Below are positions 26,237 through 35,896 of a stretch of DNA of 64,000 bases, in pieces. The stretch comes from Candidatus Binatia bacterium (GTDB lineage: Bacteria; Desulfobacterota; Binatia; UBA9968). Each line of letters opens with the position of its first letter. Positions within the stretch are counted from its first letter, which is position 1. The stretch covers positions 6,856 to 70,855 of the forward strand of contig DASXRG010000038.1 of assembly GCA_036506735.1 (NCBI GenBank). The letters run 5' to 3'. The translations under genes and the position numbers were made by a program. Under the pieces are notes generated by a model, which was given only the letters and a program-made list of their open reading frames with translations, did no database searches and had not been told where the DNA came from.

Positions 26237-26632
26237 ATGGGCAAAACGTTGACCGGGGTGGTGTTCTCCGACTTGGGCCGGGCCGCCTCGTTCATGGCAT
26301 TGGCTTGGGTACAGGCTTCGCTCAAAGAGAGTCTCGGCTTCGCGCCCTATCCGGGAACGCTGAATGTGAGAGTGGAAACGGATCAAGGGAGAGAGCTATG
26401 GCGCGCCGTACAGAGCCAGGGGAGAGGCATCGAGATCAGCGCGCCGGACGCGGCCTACTGCCAGGCCCGTTGCTTTTTGGTTAGGATTGAAGGTAAACAT
26501 CAAGGCGCGGTGCTTCTTCCGGAAGTCGAAGCCTATCCGGAGGACAAGCTCGAAGTCGTCGCTCCCGTCCGGCTCAAAGACGAGCTTAAGCTCGCGGATG
26601 GGCAGCGGATTACCCTGGAGTTCGTGGATTGA
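26237..26632 (+). CDS. ribK: CTP-dependent (archaeal-type) riboflavin kinase domain protein
   Basis: 131 aa; GVVFSDLGRAASFM...LGFAPYPGTLNVRV resembles the DUF120/RibK cradle-loop barrel signature (G-x-G-x-G...PGTLN). Confidence 0.6.
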   Translation: MGKTLTGVVFSDLGRAASFMALAWVQASLKESLGFAPYPGTLNVRVETDQGRELWRAVQSQGRGIEISAPDAAYCQARCFLVRIEGKHQGAVLLPEVEAYPEDKLEVVAPVRLKDELKLADGQRITLEFVD

Positions 26633-26638
26633 GATTCT

Positions 26639-27283
26639 ATGCGTAGACTGATTGTCGGCATCTCGGGCGCAACCGGGGCGATCTACGGCGTGCGGATGCT
26701 GGAAATTCTATCGAAGATCAAAGACATCGAGACCCATCTGGTGATGACGCGCGCGGCCAAGATGACCATCCAGGTCGAGACGTCTCACTCGGTCAAGGAC
26801 GTCGAGGCGATGGCGGACGTCGTGCACGACGTCGGCAACGTCGGCGCGAGCATCTCGAGCGGCTCGTTTCGCACCGAGGGAATGGTGATCGCGCCTTGCT
26901 CGATGAAGTCGATGGGCGGCATCGCCCACTCGGTCGGCGGCGATCTTTTGGTGCGCGCCGCCGACGTCATTCTCAAAGAAAGAAAAAAGCTGGTGTTGGT
27001 CGCGCGCGAGACGCCGCTTCATCTCGGCCATCTGGAAAGCATGGTGGCGCTCACGCGGATGGGCGCGGTGATTTTTCCTCCGGTGCCGGCTTTTTACCAC
27101 CGCCCCAAGACGCTGGACGATATCATCAACCAGACCGTGACGCGTATTCTCGATCAGTTCGATATCGACGTGACGCTTTTCGAGCGCTGGAGCGACGAGC
27201 AGATGCGCCGCCATCCCGAGGCCAAGCGCGTCGTCTCCGTCGTCGCGCCCAAAGAAGTCAGGCCGGCAAAGAAATCCAAGTGA
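26639..27283 (+). CDS. ubiX: Flavin prenyltransferase UbiX
   Basis: RLIVGISGATGAIYG..., MVIAPCSMKSMGGIA, LVLVARETPLH: typical UbiX/Pad1 flavoprotein motifs. Confidence 0.85.
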   Translation: MRRLIVGISGATGAIYGVRMLEILSKIKDIETHLVMTRAAKMTIQVETSHSVKDVEAMADVVHDVGNVGASISSGSFRTEGMVIAPCSMKSMGGIAHSVGGDLLVRAADVILKERKKLVLVARETPLHLGHLESMVALTRMGAVIFPPVPAFYHRPKTLDDIINQTVTRILDQFDIDVTLFERWSDEQMRRHPEAKRVVSVVAPKEVRPAKKSK

Positions 27284-27301
27284 TCTTCCTTTCGCCCCGC
27301 C

Positions 27302-28348
27302 ATGCCTTCCACCAGGGGTAAGAAATCTCTCTCTCCCACGCAGCTGAGAAAGAAGGAGCATCTCGAGCTCTGTCTCGACACCCCGGCGGTCGCCGGCACG
27401 GCGGGCACGGGTTTGGACCGCTACGCGTTCGTCCATAACGCGCTGCCCGAAATCGACATCGACGAGATCGATCTCACGACGACCTTCCTCGGCAGGCGGC
27501 TCAGGGCGCCGCTCGTGATCTCGTCGATGACCGGCGGCTTTGACCTGGCGCGCAAGGTCAATCGCAACTTGGCGGCCGCGGCACAGCAGCTCGGACTCGC
27601 GATGGGCGTCGGGTCGCAGCGCGTGGCGCTCGAAGAGCCGGGCGCCGCCGATTCCTTCAAGGTGAGAGATCTGGCGCCGGATGTCCTTCTGCTGGGAAAT
27701 CTGGGCGCGGTTCAGCTCAACTACGGCTATGGCGTCGAGCAATGCCGCAAGGCGGTCGCAATGATCGGCGCGGACGGATTGATTCTCCATCTGAACGTGT
27801 TGCAGGAGGCGGTTCAGCCCGAGGGTAACCGGAATTTCAAGGGGCTCGCGCGGCGCATCGCCGAGGTCTGCCGCGCGCTCGACGTGCCGGTGGTCGCCAA
27901 GGAGGTCGGCTTCGGCATCTCGGCGGACGCCGCCTTGCGCTTAAAGCAGGCCGGCGTCGCCGCCATCGACGTGGCCGGTCGCGGCGGGACCTCATGGTAC
28001 GCGGTGGAGGCGAAGCGCGCGGCACGGAAGGGAGCGGCCGTCGAGGGCGCCTTCGTGGACTGGGGCATACCGACCGAGGAGGCTTTGATCGCGGTGCGGA
28101 GCGCGCTGCCGGATATCGAGCTCATCGCCTCCGGCGGCATCCGCAACGGCCTGGACGTGGCCAAGAGCATCGCGCTCGGCGCCAACGTCGCCGCCATCGG
28201 CCAGCCGCTGCTTGCGCCGGCTTTGGAATCGGCCGACAAGGTGATAAAATCACTCGGCAAAGTGATTCACGAGATCAAAGTAGCGATGTTGTGCGTCGGC
28301 GCGGGCGATCTCGCGGCGCTGAGGACGGCGGCGCTCGTCAGGAGATAG
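27302..28348 (+). CDS. fni: Type 2 (FMN-dependent) isopentenyl-diphosphate delta-isomerase
   Basis: KKEHLELCL, RLRAPLVISSMTGG, VVAKEVGFGIS, IASGGIRNGLDVAKSIALGA: TIM-barrel IDI-2 signature. Confidence 0.85.
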   Translation: MPSTRGKKSLSPTQLRKKEHLELCLDTPAVAGTAGTGLDRYAFVHNALPEIDIDEIDLTTTFLGRRLRAPLVISSMTGGFDLARKVNRNLAAAAQQLGLAMGVGSQRVALEEPGAADSFKVRDLAPDVLLLGNLGAVQLNYGYGVEQCRKAVAMIGADGLILHLNVLQEAVQPEGNRNFKGLARRIAEVCRALDVPVVAKEVGFGISADAALRLKQAGVAAIDVAGRGGTSWYAVEAKRAARKGAAVEGAFVDWGIPTEEALIAVRSALPDIELIASGGIRNGLDVAKSIALGANVAAIGQPLLAPALESADKVIKSLGKVIHEIKVAMLCVGAGDLAALRTAALVRR

Positions 28349-28361
28349 TGCTGAGGGCTGA

Positions 28362-28389
28362 GTAGGGGCGGTTCGCGAACCGCCCCTAC
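28362..28389. terminator. Perfect 28-nt palindrome after fni
   Basis: GTAGGGGCGGTTCG|CGAACCGCCCCTAC, preceded by GTGCTGAGGGCTGAG heptamers; 14 nt after the fni stop. No U-tract. Confidence 0.55.
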
Positions 28390-28401
28390 AAGTGTTCTGG
28401 T

Positions 28402-28881
28402 ATGTCAGTCGAACTCAAACAACAGATCCTGGCTTACATGGAAAGCCACAATACGATGACCTTGGCGACGTGCCAAGGCGACGCGCCGTGGGCGGCGACG
28501 GTTTTTTATGCCAGCGACGGTCTGCGGCTCTATTTTTTTTCCGTGCCTGATTCACGGCACTGCCAAAATCTCGCGGTCAATCCGAAAGTCGCCGTCACGG
28601 TCCAGGAGGACTACCGCGACTGGCAGAAGATCAAGGGCATCCAGCTCGAAGGCCGCGTGGCGCAGGTGGATTCTCTGATCGAAAAGGGCAAGGCGATGGC
28701 GGTGTATGCGCGCAAGTATCCCGAGGTCATGAAAATCTTCACCCATGCGGGAAGCGGCGCTTTGTACCAGGCGTTTCTCAAGGTCAGGTTCTATTGCGTG
28801 GCGCCCGAGCGGGTTTTTTATATCGACAACGAGCAGGGTTTTGGAAAAAGGCAGGAACTTATACTCAGGGATGAGGGATGA
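28402..28881 (+). CDS. Pyridoxamine 5'-phosphate oxidase-family FMN-binding protein
   Basis: 159 aa; HNTMTLATCQGDAPWAATVFY...KGIQLEGRV split-barrel pattern. Confidence 0.6.
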   Translation: MSVELKQQILAYMESHNTMTLATCQGDAPWAATVFYASDGLRLYFFSVPDSRHCQNLAVNPKVAVTVQEDYRDWQKIKGIQLEGRVAQVDSLIEKGKAMAVYARKYPEVMKIFTHAGSGALYQAFLKVRFYCVAPERVFYIDNEQGFGKRQELILRDEG

Positions 28882-28950
28882 AGGCGGAGCGATGAATCGA
28901 ACCCGAAAAATAAAATCGAAAATTGGCGGCGCGCGAGGCTAGGAGGCAAA

Positions 28951-29427
28951 ATGTCACAAGTTTTAGGCACGGAACTCACGGAGGAACTGTTTCACCGTCT
29001 CAAAGGCGACGCGATGGCGTCCAAGACCGACAAGGCGATCGTCGTCGTCACCGTCGATGAGACGGGCTGGGCGCATCCGGCCATGCTTTCCTATTATGAA
29101 GTGGTCGCCAAAGACCGCTCCACGATCGATCTCGCGATCGGGAAAAGCAGCACGACGGCGAAAAATCTCCGCCGCACGGGAAAAATCACCCTCTTGATCA
29201 CCGACAGCGACCTCAACTACTATGTCAAGGGAAACGGGCGCGAGATCAAAGAGACAATGGACGGCGTGCCTTTTATGTCGCTGTTTCGGGTGGCCGTGGC
29301 GCATCTCCTGGAAGACCTGGAGCCGGACTCGATCATCACCAGCGGCGTGACCTTCGAGCGGCCGCAGAAAAAAGAAGTCGGCGAGATCGTGGAAAAAATA
29401 TTTCAGGGAGTGCGCCGAGAGCCGTGA
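28951..29427 (+). CDS. PNPOx-like split-barrel protein (weaker match)
   Basis: 158 aa; AIVVVTVDETGWAHPAMLS...GKITLLI pattern; AGGAGG Shine-Dalgarno. Confidence 0.45.
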   Translation: MSQVLGTELTEELFHRLKGDAMASKTDKAIVVVTVDETGWAHPAMLSYYEVVAKDRSTIDLAIGKSSTTAKNLRRTGKITLLITDSDLNYYVKGNGREIKETMDGVPFMSLFRVAVAHLLEDLEPDSIITSGVTFERPQKKEVGEIVEKIFQGVRREP

Positions 29428-30719
29428 AGCTCAAGCGTAAAAAACTTTTGGTCGTGCCGCTTGCCGTGATCACGGTTCTGGGGCTGGCCTACTGGGGGCT
29501 GCGCGACGGCGCCAAGGAATCGCCTTTTGTGACCGCGCCGATTCAAAAGGGTTCCATCACGCAAGTGGTCTCGGCGACCGGCACCTTGCAGGCGGTGGTG
29601 ACGGTGCAGGTGGGCAGCCAGGTTTCGGGAACCATCGAAAAGCTCTACGCCGATTTCAACAGCAACGTAAAAAAAGACCAGGTGGTGGCCCAGCTCAATC
29701 AGGACAAGTTCAAGGCCTCGGTCGACCAGGCGAAGGCGAATGTGCTCGCCGGTCAGGCCAATCTCGTCAAAGCCAGAGTCACGGTCGATGACACGCGACG
29801 AACGTTGGAGCGCAGTAAAGAGCTGCGCCAGCGCAATTTGATCTCGCAAAGCGAGCTGGATACGGCTCAAGCCGCCCATGACGCCGCGGTGGCGCAGTTG
29901 GACGTCAATCAGGCCCAGGTCGCGCAAGCCCAAGCGTCGCTCAACCAGTCCGCCGTCGATCTCAACAACACGACGATCCGTTCCCCGGTCGACGGCATCG
30001 TCATCTCGCGCACGGTCGATGTCGGTCAGACCGTCGCCGCGTCGCTGCAAGCGCCTATCCTGTTCACCATCGCCAATGATTTATCCAAGATGGAGGTGCA
30101 TACCAGCGTGGATGAGGCCGACGTGGGCGGGATCTGGGCGGGACAGTCGGTAACGTTTACCGTGGACGCCTATCCGGCGCGCCGCTTCAAAGGCAAAGTG
30201 TCTCAGGTGCGCAACGCGCCTACGACCGTGCAGAACGTCGTCACTTATGACGCGGTCGTCGGCATCGACAATAGCGAGCTGCTGCTCAAGCCCGGGATGA
30301 CTACGAACGTCGAGTTTCTCGTGAGCCAAAAGACCGACGTCCTCAAGATTCCCAACATGGCGATCCGTTTTCGGCCGCCGTGGGAAAAACAAGAGGGGCA
30401 GGATCTCATCCGCCAGGCGAGCCGCGGCGGCGCGGCCGGCGGCGCCGGGCGCCGCCGCACGCGCGCGGCCTCGACTACGCCCGACAAAAAAGATGGCGGC
30501 CGGACTGTCAAGGTTTATGTTTTGAAAGATCAGGAAGTGGTCCCGGTCGAAGTCCGCGTCGGAATCACCGACGGCTCTTTCACCGAGGTGATCGACGGCG
30601 AGGTCGCCGAAAAGGATCCCGTCGTTCTCAGCATGTCGGAGAGCGCGAAATCCGGCAGCACGCCCGGCAGCGCCAATCCCTTCCAGCCGCAGTCGCGAGG
30701 TTTCGGTTGGTTCAGGTAG
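29424..30719 (+). CDS. Efflux periplasmic adaptor (MacA/HlyD family)
   Basis: N-terminal TM, lipoyl/hairpin motifs (GTLQAVVTVQVGSQVSGTI..., TTIRSPVDGIVISR); 431 aa. Confidence 0.8.
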   Translation: MKLKRKKLLVVPLAVITVLGLAYWGLRDGAKESPFVTAPIQKGSITQVVSATGTLQAVVTVQVGSQVSGTIEKLYADFNSNVKKDQVVAQLNQDKFKASVDQAKANVLAGQANLVKARVTVDDTRRTLERSKELRQRNLISQSELDTAQAAHDAAVAQLDVNQAQVAQAQASLNQSAVDLNNTTIRSPVDGIVISRTVDVGQTVAASLQAPILFTIANDLSKMEVHTSVDEADVGGIWAGQSVTFTVDAYPARRFKGKVSQVRNAPTTVQNVVTYDAVVGIDNSELLLKPGMTTNVEFLVSQKTDVLKIPNMAIRFRPPWEKQEGQDLIRQASRGGAAGGAGRRRTRAASTTPDKKDGGRTVKVYVLKDQEVVPVEVRVGITDGSFTEVIDGEVAEKDPVVLSMSESAKSGSTPGSANPFQPQSRGFGWFR

Positions 30720-31402
30720 ACAGTCTCATTTCCATTCGCAACATCGAGAAGGTCTATCACATGGGGGACATCGAGGTGCCCGCGCTGCGCGGCGTCAACT
30801 TGGATATCCACGCCGGTGAGTTCGTCGCGATCATGGGCGCTTCCGGCTCGGGCAAGTCCACTTTCATGAATATCTTGGGCTGTCTCGACCGGCCGACCCG
30901 CGGGAATTATTTTCTCGAAGGCCAGGAAGTCGGCTCGCTTTCCTCGGACGAGTGGGCGAGCATCCGCAATCGCAAGATCGGCTTCGTATTTCAGGGATTC
31001 AATCTGCTTTCCCGGACCTCGGCGCTGGAAAACGTCGAGCTGCCGATGATGTACAACGGGCTGCACGGCAAGGACAGGCGCCAGCATGCGCTCGAGTCAC
31101 TCGCGCTGGTCAGCTTGGGAGACCGGCTGCACCATATGCCGAACCAGCTCTCCGGCGGGCAGCAGCAAAGGGTCGCGGTCGCGCGCGCGTTGGTGAACCA
31201 TCCGTCGCTGATTTTAGCCGACGAGCCGACCGGAAATCTCGATTCGAAAACCAGCGCCGAGATCATGGAGCTGTTCCAAGCGCTGAACCGCCGGGAGGGT
31301 CTGACGATCGTCCTGGTCACGCACGAAGCCGACGTTGCGGCGTACGCCGAGAGACAGATTCATTTTCGCGACGGCCTGATCACTTCGGATGAGAGGAAGT
31401 GA
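30707..31402 (+). CDS. ABC transporter ATP-binding protein (MacB/LolD family)
   Basis: Walker A GASGSGKST, signature LSGGQQQRVA, Walker B LILADEPT. The conserved ISIRNIEKVY start region requires a start before the first ATG, so I propose the TTG at 30707; the ORF-track start at 30380 lies inside the adaptor gene. Confidence 0.75.
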   Translation: MVQVDSLISIRNIEKVYHMGDIEVPALRGVNLDIHAGEFVAIMGASGSGKSTFMNILGCLDRPTRGNYFLEGQEVGSLSSDEWASIRNRKIGFVFQGFNLLSRTSALENVELPMMYNGLHGKDRRQHALESLALVSLGDRLHHMPNQLSGGQQQRVAVARALVNHPSLILADEPTGNLDSKTSAEIMELFQALNRREGLTIVLVTHEADVAAYAERQIHFRDGLITSDERK

Positions 31403-31479
31403 GGAGTGAGAAGTGAGCCGTGAGCAGATAAAGAAGGGGAATGGGTGGACTGCTCACTACTCACTGCTCACGGCTCACT
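31398..31479. repeat. Heptamer-periodic inverted repeat (GTGAGNN family)
   Basis: AGTGAGG AGTGAGA AGTGAGC CGTGAGCAG ... CTGCTCAC TACTCAC TGCTCAC GGCTCACT. Overlaps the ATPase stop codon. Confidence 0.85.
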
Positions 31480-31485
31480 AAAAAA

Positions 31486-32700
<1,215 letters not shown>

Positions 32701-32708
32701 CGCGCCGG

Positions 32709-33686
32709 CTACTTGAACACGCCTTCTTTTTCCAATTCGCGGAGCGCGCGGAGATCGACGAAGTCTTCGAACTTCGCGGTCTTGGCTTTGGGCTCTTTCT
32801 CGGACAGTTCTTCCAACACGGTTTGAATGCCCGCGACCGTGGGGAACGGCCGCACGTCGAGGACCTTGGCGCTCCGCGTCGCCGCGTATTCCAGAGTCTC
32901 AGGGTCGTTGGTTTTGAGCGCCGCCTGAATTGCGGCTTTGGCGGCGTTGCGGTCGGTCTTCAGCAATCGAATGCCTTCGGAGACGCTCTTGACGAATGCC
33001 TTGACCAGCTTGAAATTGCGCTCGATGACCGGCCCCATCATGTGAAAGGTGAGGAAGGGATACTCGAGGTTCGTATCGGCGAGATCGGCCAGAATGTTGA
33101 ACCCTTGTTTCTTGGCGAGCGGAACGAAGTCGGCCGCCATGATCGTTCCATCGACGCTCCCCGCCATGATCGCGGCCATGCGCGACGAAGAATTTCCGAT
33201 CTGCAGCACGGTCACGTCTTTTTTCGGATCCAGCCCGGCCTCCTTGACCAAGAGATCGGTCATGAAGTGGGACCCCGAGCCGAAGCGGCTCACGGCGACC
33301 TTCTTTCCCTTGAGCTGCTTCAACGCAGTGATCGATGGGTGGCTCAAAAAAACGTGGTTGAAGTGGTTGGCGACCGCCGCGACGATGCGCATATCGGCGC
33401 CGCGGAGCTTCGCCTGCACCGATTCCGAGCCCTGGGAAAAAGCGATGTCGAAGCTGCCTCCGATCAGCCCTTGCCCCAAAAGCGAGCCGCTGCCGACGTA
33501 GACGATGACCGGGTCCAGACCATTTTTCCGAAAGATGCCCTGCCGCTTGGCGATTTCCAGCGTGTACTGGCTGATGCCGGTCCCGCTGTAGCCGACGTTG
33601 AGCTTCTGGAGGTCCTGAGCTTCGGCCGGATGCAACGACACGAACCCGAGCGCCGCCGACAACATCAGAATTCTGATCCGGTTCAT
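32709..33686 (-). CDS. NMT1/THI5-like (SsuA/TauA-type) periplasmic substrate-binding protein
   Basis: Signal peptide MNRIRILMLSAALGFVSLHPAEA; LKGKKVAVSRFGSGSHF pattern. Confidence 0.7.
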   Translation of the reverse strand: MNRIRILMLSAALGFVSLHPAEAQDLQKLNVGYSGTGISQYTLEIAKRQGIFRKNGLDPVIVYVGSGSLLGQGLIGGSFDIAFSQGSESVQAKLRGADMRIVAAVANHFNHVFLSHPSITALKQLKGKKVAVSRFGSGSHFMTDLLVKEAGLDPKKDVTVLQIGNSSSRMAAIMAGSVDGTIMAADFVPLAKKQGFNILADLADTNLEYPFLTFHMMGPVIERNFKLVKAFVKSVSEGIRLLKTDRNAAKAAIQAALKTNDPETLEYAATRSAKVLDVRPFPTVAGIQTVLEELSEKEPKAKTAKFEDFVDLRALRELEKEGVFK

Positions 33687-33766
33687 GACCCCTCCTGAAG
33701 AGCGCGCGTTTGAATCGAACCGGAGCTTAGCAGATGGCGGCGGCTTGTCAATTGTGAAACTCTTCG

Positions 33767-33870
33767 TTAAACCAGCTCGAAATCGATTTCGCTCCGAAAC
33801 GCGTTGATGCGCGCGACTTTGACGCGCACGGCGTCGCCCAAGCGGAATTTTCGCCCGTGGCGCAGGCCTT
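33767..33870 (-). pseudogene. Displaced original 3' end of rnr (34 codons + TAA)
   Basis: Reverse translation ends ...VRVKVARINAFRSEIDFELV*, a near copy of the rnr C-terminus at 35897-36000 (...VRVRVARINAFRSEIDFELG*). Confidence 0.8.
33821..33870. repeat. 50-bp perfect direct repeat, left copy (att-like)
   Basis: GACGCGCACGGCGTCGCCCAAGCGGAATTTTCGCCCGTGGCGCAGGCCTT, identical to 35951-36000, offset exactly 2130 bp. Confidence 0.95.
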
Positions 33871-34088
33871 AGCTCAATAATTTTTGACGTGCATTTCGGG
33901 TATTTCTTCGGTAAAATTTCACTTCTACACAGCTATCACATTGTACCCGATGTCTTTTGAAAGAAAAAAAGTTCATGGGAGTCATGTGACTTAAGTTCAC
34001 GAGGCATAAATCTTACTAAATCTATTGCGGTGAACGAGATCAGAACATGAACACTCAACCTTGAGTCGAGTCCAACCGATAGGAAGAG

Positions 34089-35087
34089 TTGATGACTAAA
34101 GTCTCAAGCTTCACGGTGGGCGAGATCTACACGAATGACCAGATTCGTTTCTCGCTTGACGTCGAGAATCTTGGAGGCATTCGACCAGCGCTCGGCCCTG
34201 ATCGGAACGTAAGACACGTCGCTGTACTGACGGCTGCCGAAGATTCTGGAAGACTAAGATCGGAGAACCCGTATTATGATCGCATCGAGGGCGATGTTCT
34301 GACCTATACCGCGCAAGGTCGTGAAGGCGATCAAGAACTTACGGGACGGAACAAGCGGCTCATCGAGCAATACACAGTTCCGACGCCATTGTTTGGTTTC
34401 GTCAATCTTGGGAGACAGACGTATCGATTCCTCGGCCTACTGGAACTACTTCGCCATTACCAAGAGAGGCAAGCAGACAAGAGGGGGAACATCCGCAGAG
34501 TCTGGTCGTTTGATTTTCGTATTTATGGCTCTCCACGTGTGGTTCCCATCAGTGAAGCGAAGACCCTGACTGCTGCGCTGCTCGCACAATCTCGTCAGAA
34601 CAATCCGCTTGTAACTTTGGACCGAGAAGTTGCTAGTACCCCTGTGGTCGATTTGCCTTCGGGCATCAGATCGGCAGGAGAGATTGAGAGTGTTCGGATG
34701 AGACTTTTCCAAATTGCGCCGCTTGAATTCGAGCACTTTGTCAAGCTGGTCATGGAGAGGAGTGGTTTTGTAGAGGTTGCAGTTACCAGGGCCAGTGGTG
34801 ATGGCGGAATAGACGTGAACGCTTATGTGGAAAATGGAAATGACTTCTTTGCGGGTACCCACGTCCAAGCTCAAGTAAAGCGGTGGCGTCATGCAGTGGG
34901 CAGTCCAGACATAAACAGCTTTAGGGGGGCATTGAGCACGACCGCTAAGGGAGTGTTCGTGACTACTAACGCTTTCACAAGAGCCGCCGTGACTGAGGCA
35001 AGCCATGCGAACAAGCCATCGATCAGTCTGATTGACGGACCACGGCTCTCTGCCATTTTGTTGCGCCTGAACTTGGCCCCACAGTGA
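34089..35087 (+). CDS. Putative modification-dependent (type IV) restriction endonuclease: SRA/YDG-like N-domain + Mrr-type PD-(D/E)xK C-domain
   Basis: C-terminus: FEHFVKLVMERSGF...ASGDGGIDVNAY...AQVKRW...VFVTTNAFT is the Mrr_cat pattern. N-terminus: VGEIY...GGIRPA...YDRIEGDVLTYTAQGREGDQELTGRNKRL...PLFGFV...YRFLGLLEL parallels SRA-domain motifs. TTG at 34089 or ATG at 34092. Confidence 0.6.
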   Translation: MMTKVSSFTVGEIYTNDQIRFSLDVENLGGIRPALGPDRNVRHVAVLTAAEDSGRLRSENPYYDRIEGDVLTYTAQGREGDQELTGRNKRLIEQYTVPTPLFGFVNLGRQTYRFLGLLELLRHYQERQADKRGNIRRVWSFDFRIYGSPRVVPISEAKTLTAALLAQSRQNNPLVTLDREVASTPVVDLPSGIRSAGEIESVRMRLFQIAPLEFEHFVKLVMERSGFVEVAVTRASGDGGIDVNAYVENGNDFFAGTHVQAQVKRWRHAVGSPDINSFRGALSTTAKGVFVTTNAFTRAAVTEASHANKPSISLIDGPRLSAILLRLNLAPQ

Positions 35088-35108
35088 AAAAACCTAGGAG
35101 GATAACCT

Positions 35109-35417
35109 ATGCTTGCTTTAGCCATCCCTATGGATACCGACTCCCGAGGAAATACGATTGTTGAGACGAATGCGGGGAATGAATTAAAGGCACGGCGATG
35201 GCCACAAGATTGCGAGTTTCAATTAGTGGCCTTCGGCCCAGCCAGCACCACTTGCCAAATAGTGTGGCCCGCGCAACTTGCTGAAGACATTGCCACGGCG
35301 TTACAACAGGTGGATCGCCTAGGCAATTCCCGGGGAGTAAAGCCTGACTGGTACCGAAGACTTCATCACTATTCTAAGGGAATCGAACTGCGGCGGCGTC
35401 AACGTTCGCAGCGTTAG
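35109..35417 (+). CDS. Hypothetical protein (102 aa), islet-borne
   Basis: Strong Shine-Dalgarno (CTAGGAGGATAACCT-ATG), 21 nt after the nuclease stop. No recognisable motif. Confidence 0.5.
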   Translation: MLALAIPMDTDSRGNTIVETNAGNELKARRWPQDCEFQLVAFGPASTTCQIVWPAQLAEDIATALQQVDRLGNSRGVKPDWYRRLHHYSKGIELRRRQRSQR

Positions 35418-35514
35418 TGCAGAAAGATGATCGTAAAATCTCATTGCTCGGCCAAATGTTGGTGGATATTCATCTTGACTTTCGGATGGTGTTGAGGCAG
35501 GAAAGTGAGGCGGT

Positions 35515-35862
35515 ATGGCGAAAAGAAATTCCAGACGGCAGTCTCCGAACATTGGTCAGCGGTTCACTTCTCTGGAAAGGCTTGTTCGGACCGGGTTTCG
35601 CCAGACAAATGCCGGATTTCGAAGCTTTCAGAAACATACGGATACAAAGTTTAGAGCTGTCCATTTTGATCTTCGGAATCTCCGCAGAGAAATGAATGGG
35701 CGGTTCGCCACGGTCGACGACCGGATCGATCGGCTGGCAAGCCACGTTGATGGCTTCATGAAACTGCACGAGACCATGGACATCGAGATGAGAGTCATGA
35801 AAGAGCAAATGAACCGTTTTGAACAAAGGCTGAAGCGTTTAGAAGCGGCGCAGGCGAGTTAG
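35515..35862 (+). CDS. Hypothetical coiled-coil protein (115 aa), islet-borne
   Basis: GAGG 5 nt upstream of the ATG; heptad-like C-terminal half (DDRIDRLASHVDGFMKLHETMDIEMRVMKEQMNRFEQRLKRLEAAQ). Preferred over the overlapping 35417-35695 ORF. Confidence 0.45.
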   Translation: MAKRNSRRQSPNIGQRFTSLERLVRTGFRQTNAGFRSFQKHTDTKFRAVHFDLRNLRREMNGRFATVDDRIDRLASHVDGFMKLHETMDIEMRVMKEQMNRFEQRLKRLEAAQAS

Positions 35863-35896
35863 CCTAGTCCGAGTGCGAACCTTTCTCTAATTCCGT

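Noticed and set aside
30380-30706. N-terminal 109-aa extension of the ABC ATPase ORF
   Set aside because: The extension is an Arg-rich alternative frame of the adaptor gene. The conserved ATPase N-terminus begins at ~30716, so TTG 30707 is the better start.
33700-33770. Looked for a tRNA/tmRNA gene as the integration target next to the islet
   Set aside because: No cloverleaf-compatible sequence. The duplicated segment is clearly the rnr coding 3' end.
33885-33917. TTGACG ... TAAAAT as the islet promoter
   Set aside because: The spacer is 22 nt, too long for a sigma70 promoter. It may still be a promoter region, but the motif pairing is not supportable.
34446-35006. 186-aa ORF antisense to the Mrr-like gene in the islet
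   Set aside because: No Shine-Dalgarno, no motifs, and fully contained within a gene that has a clear nuclease signature.
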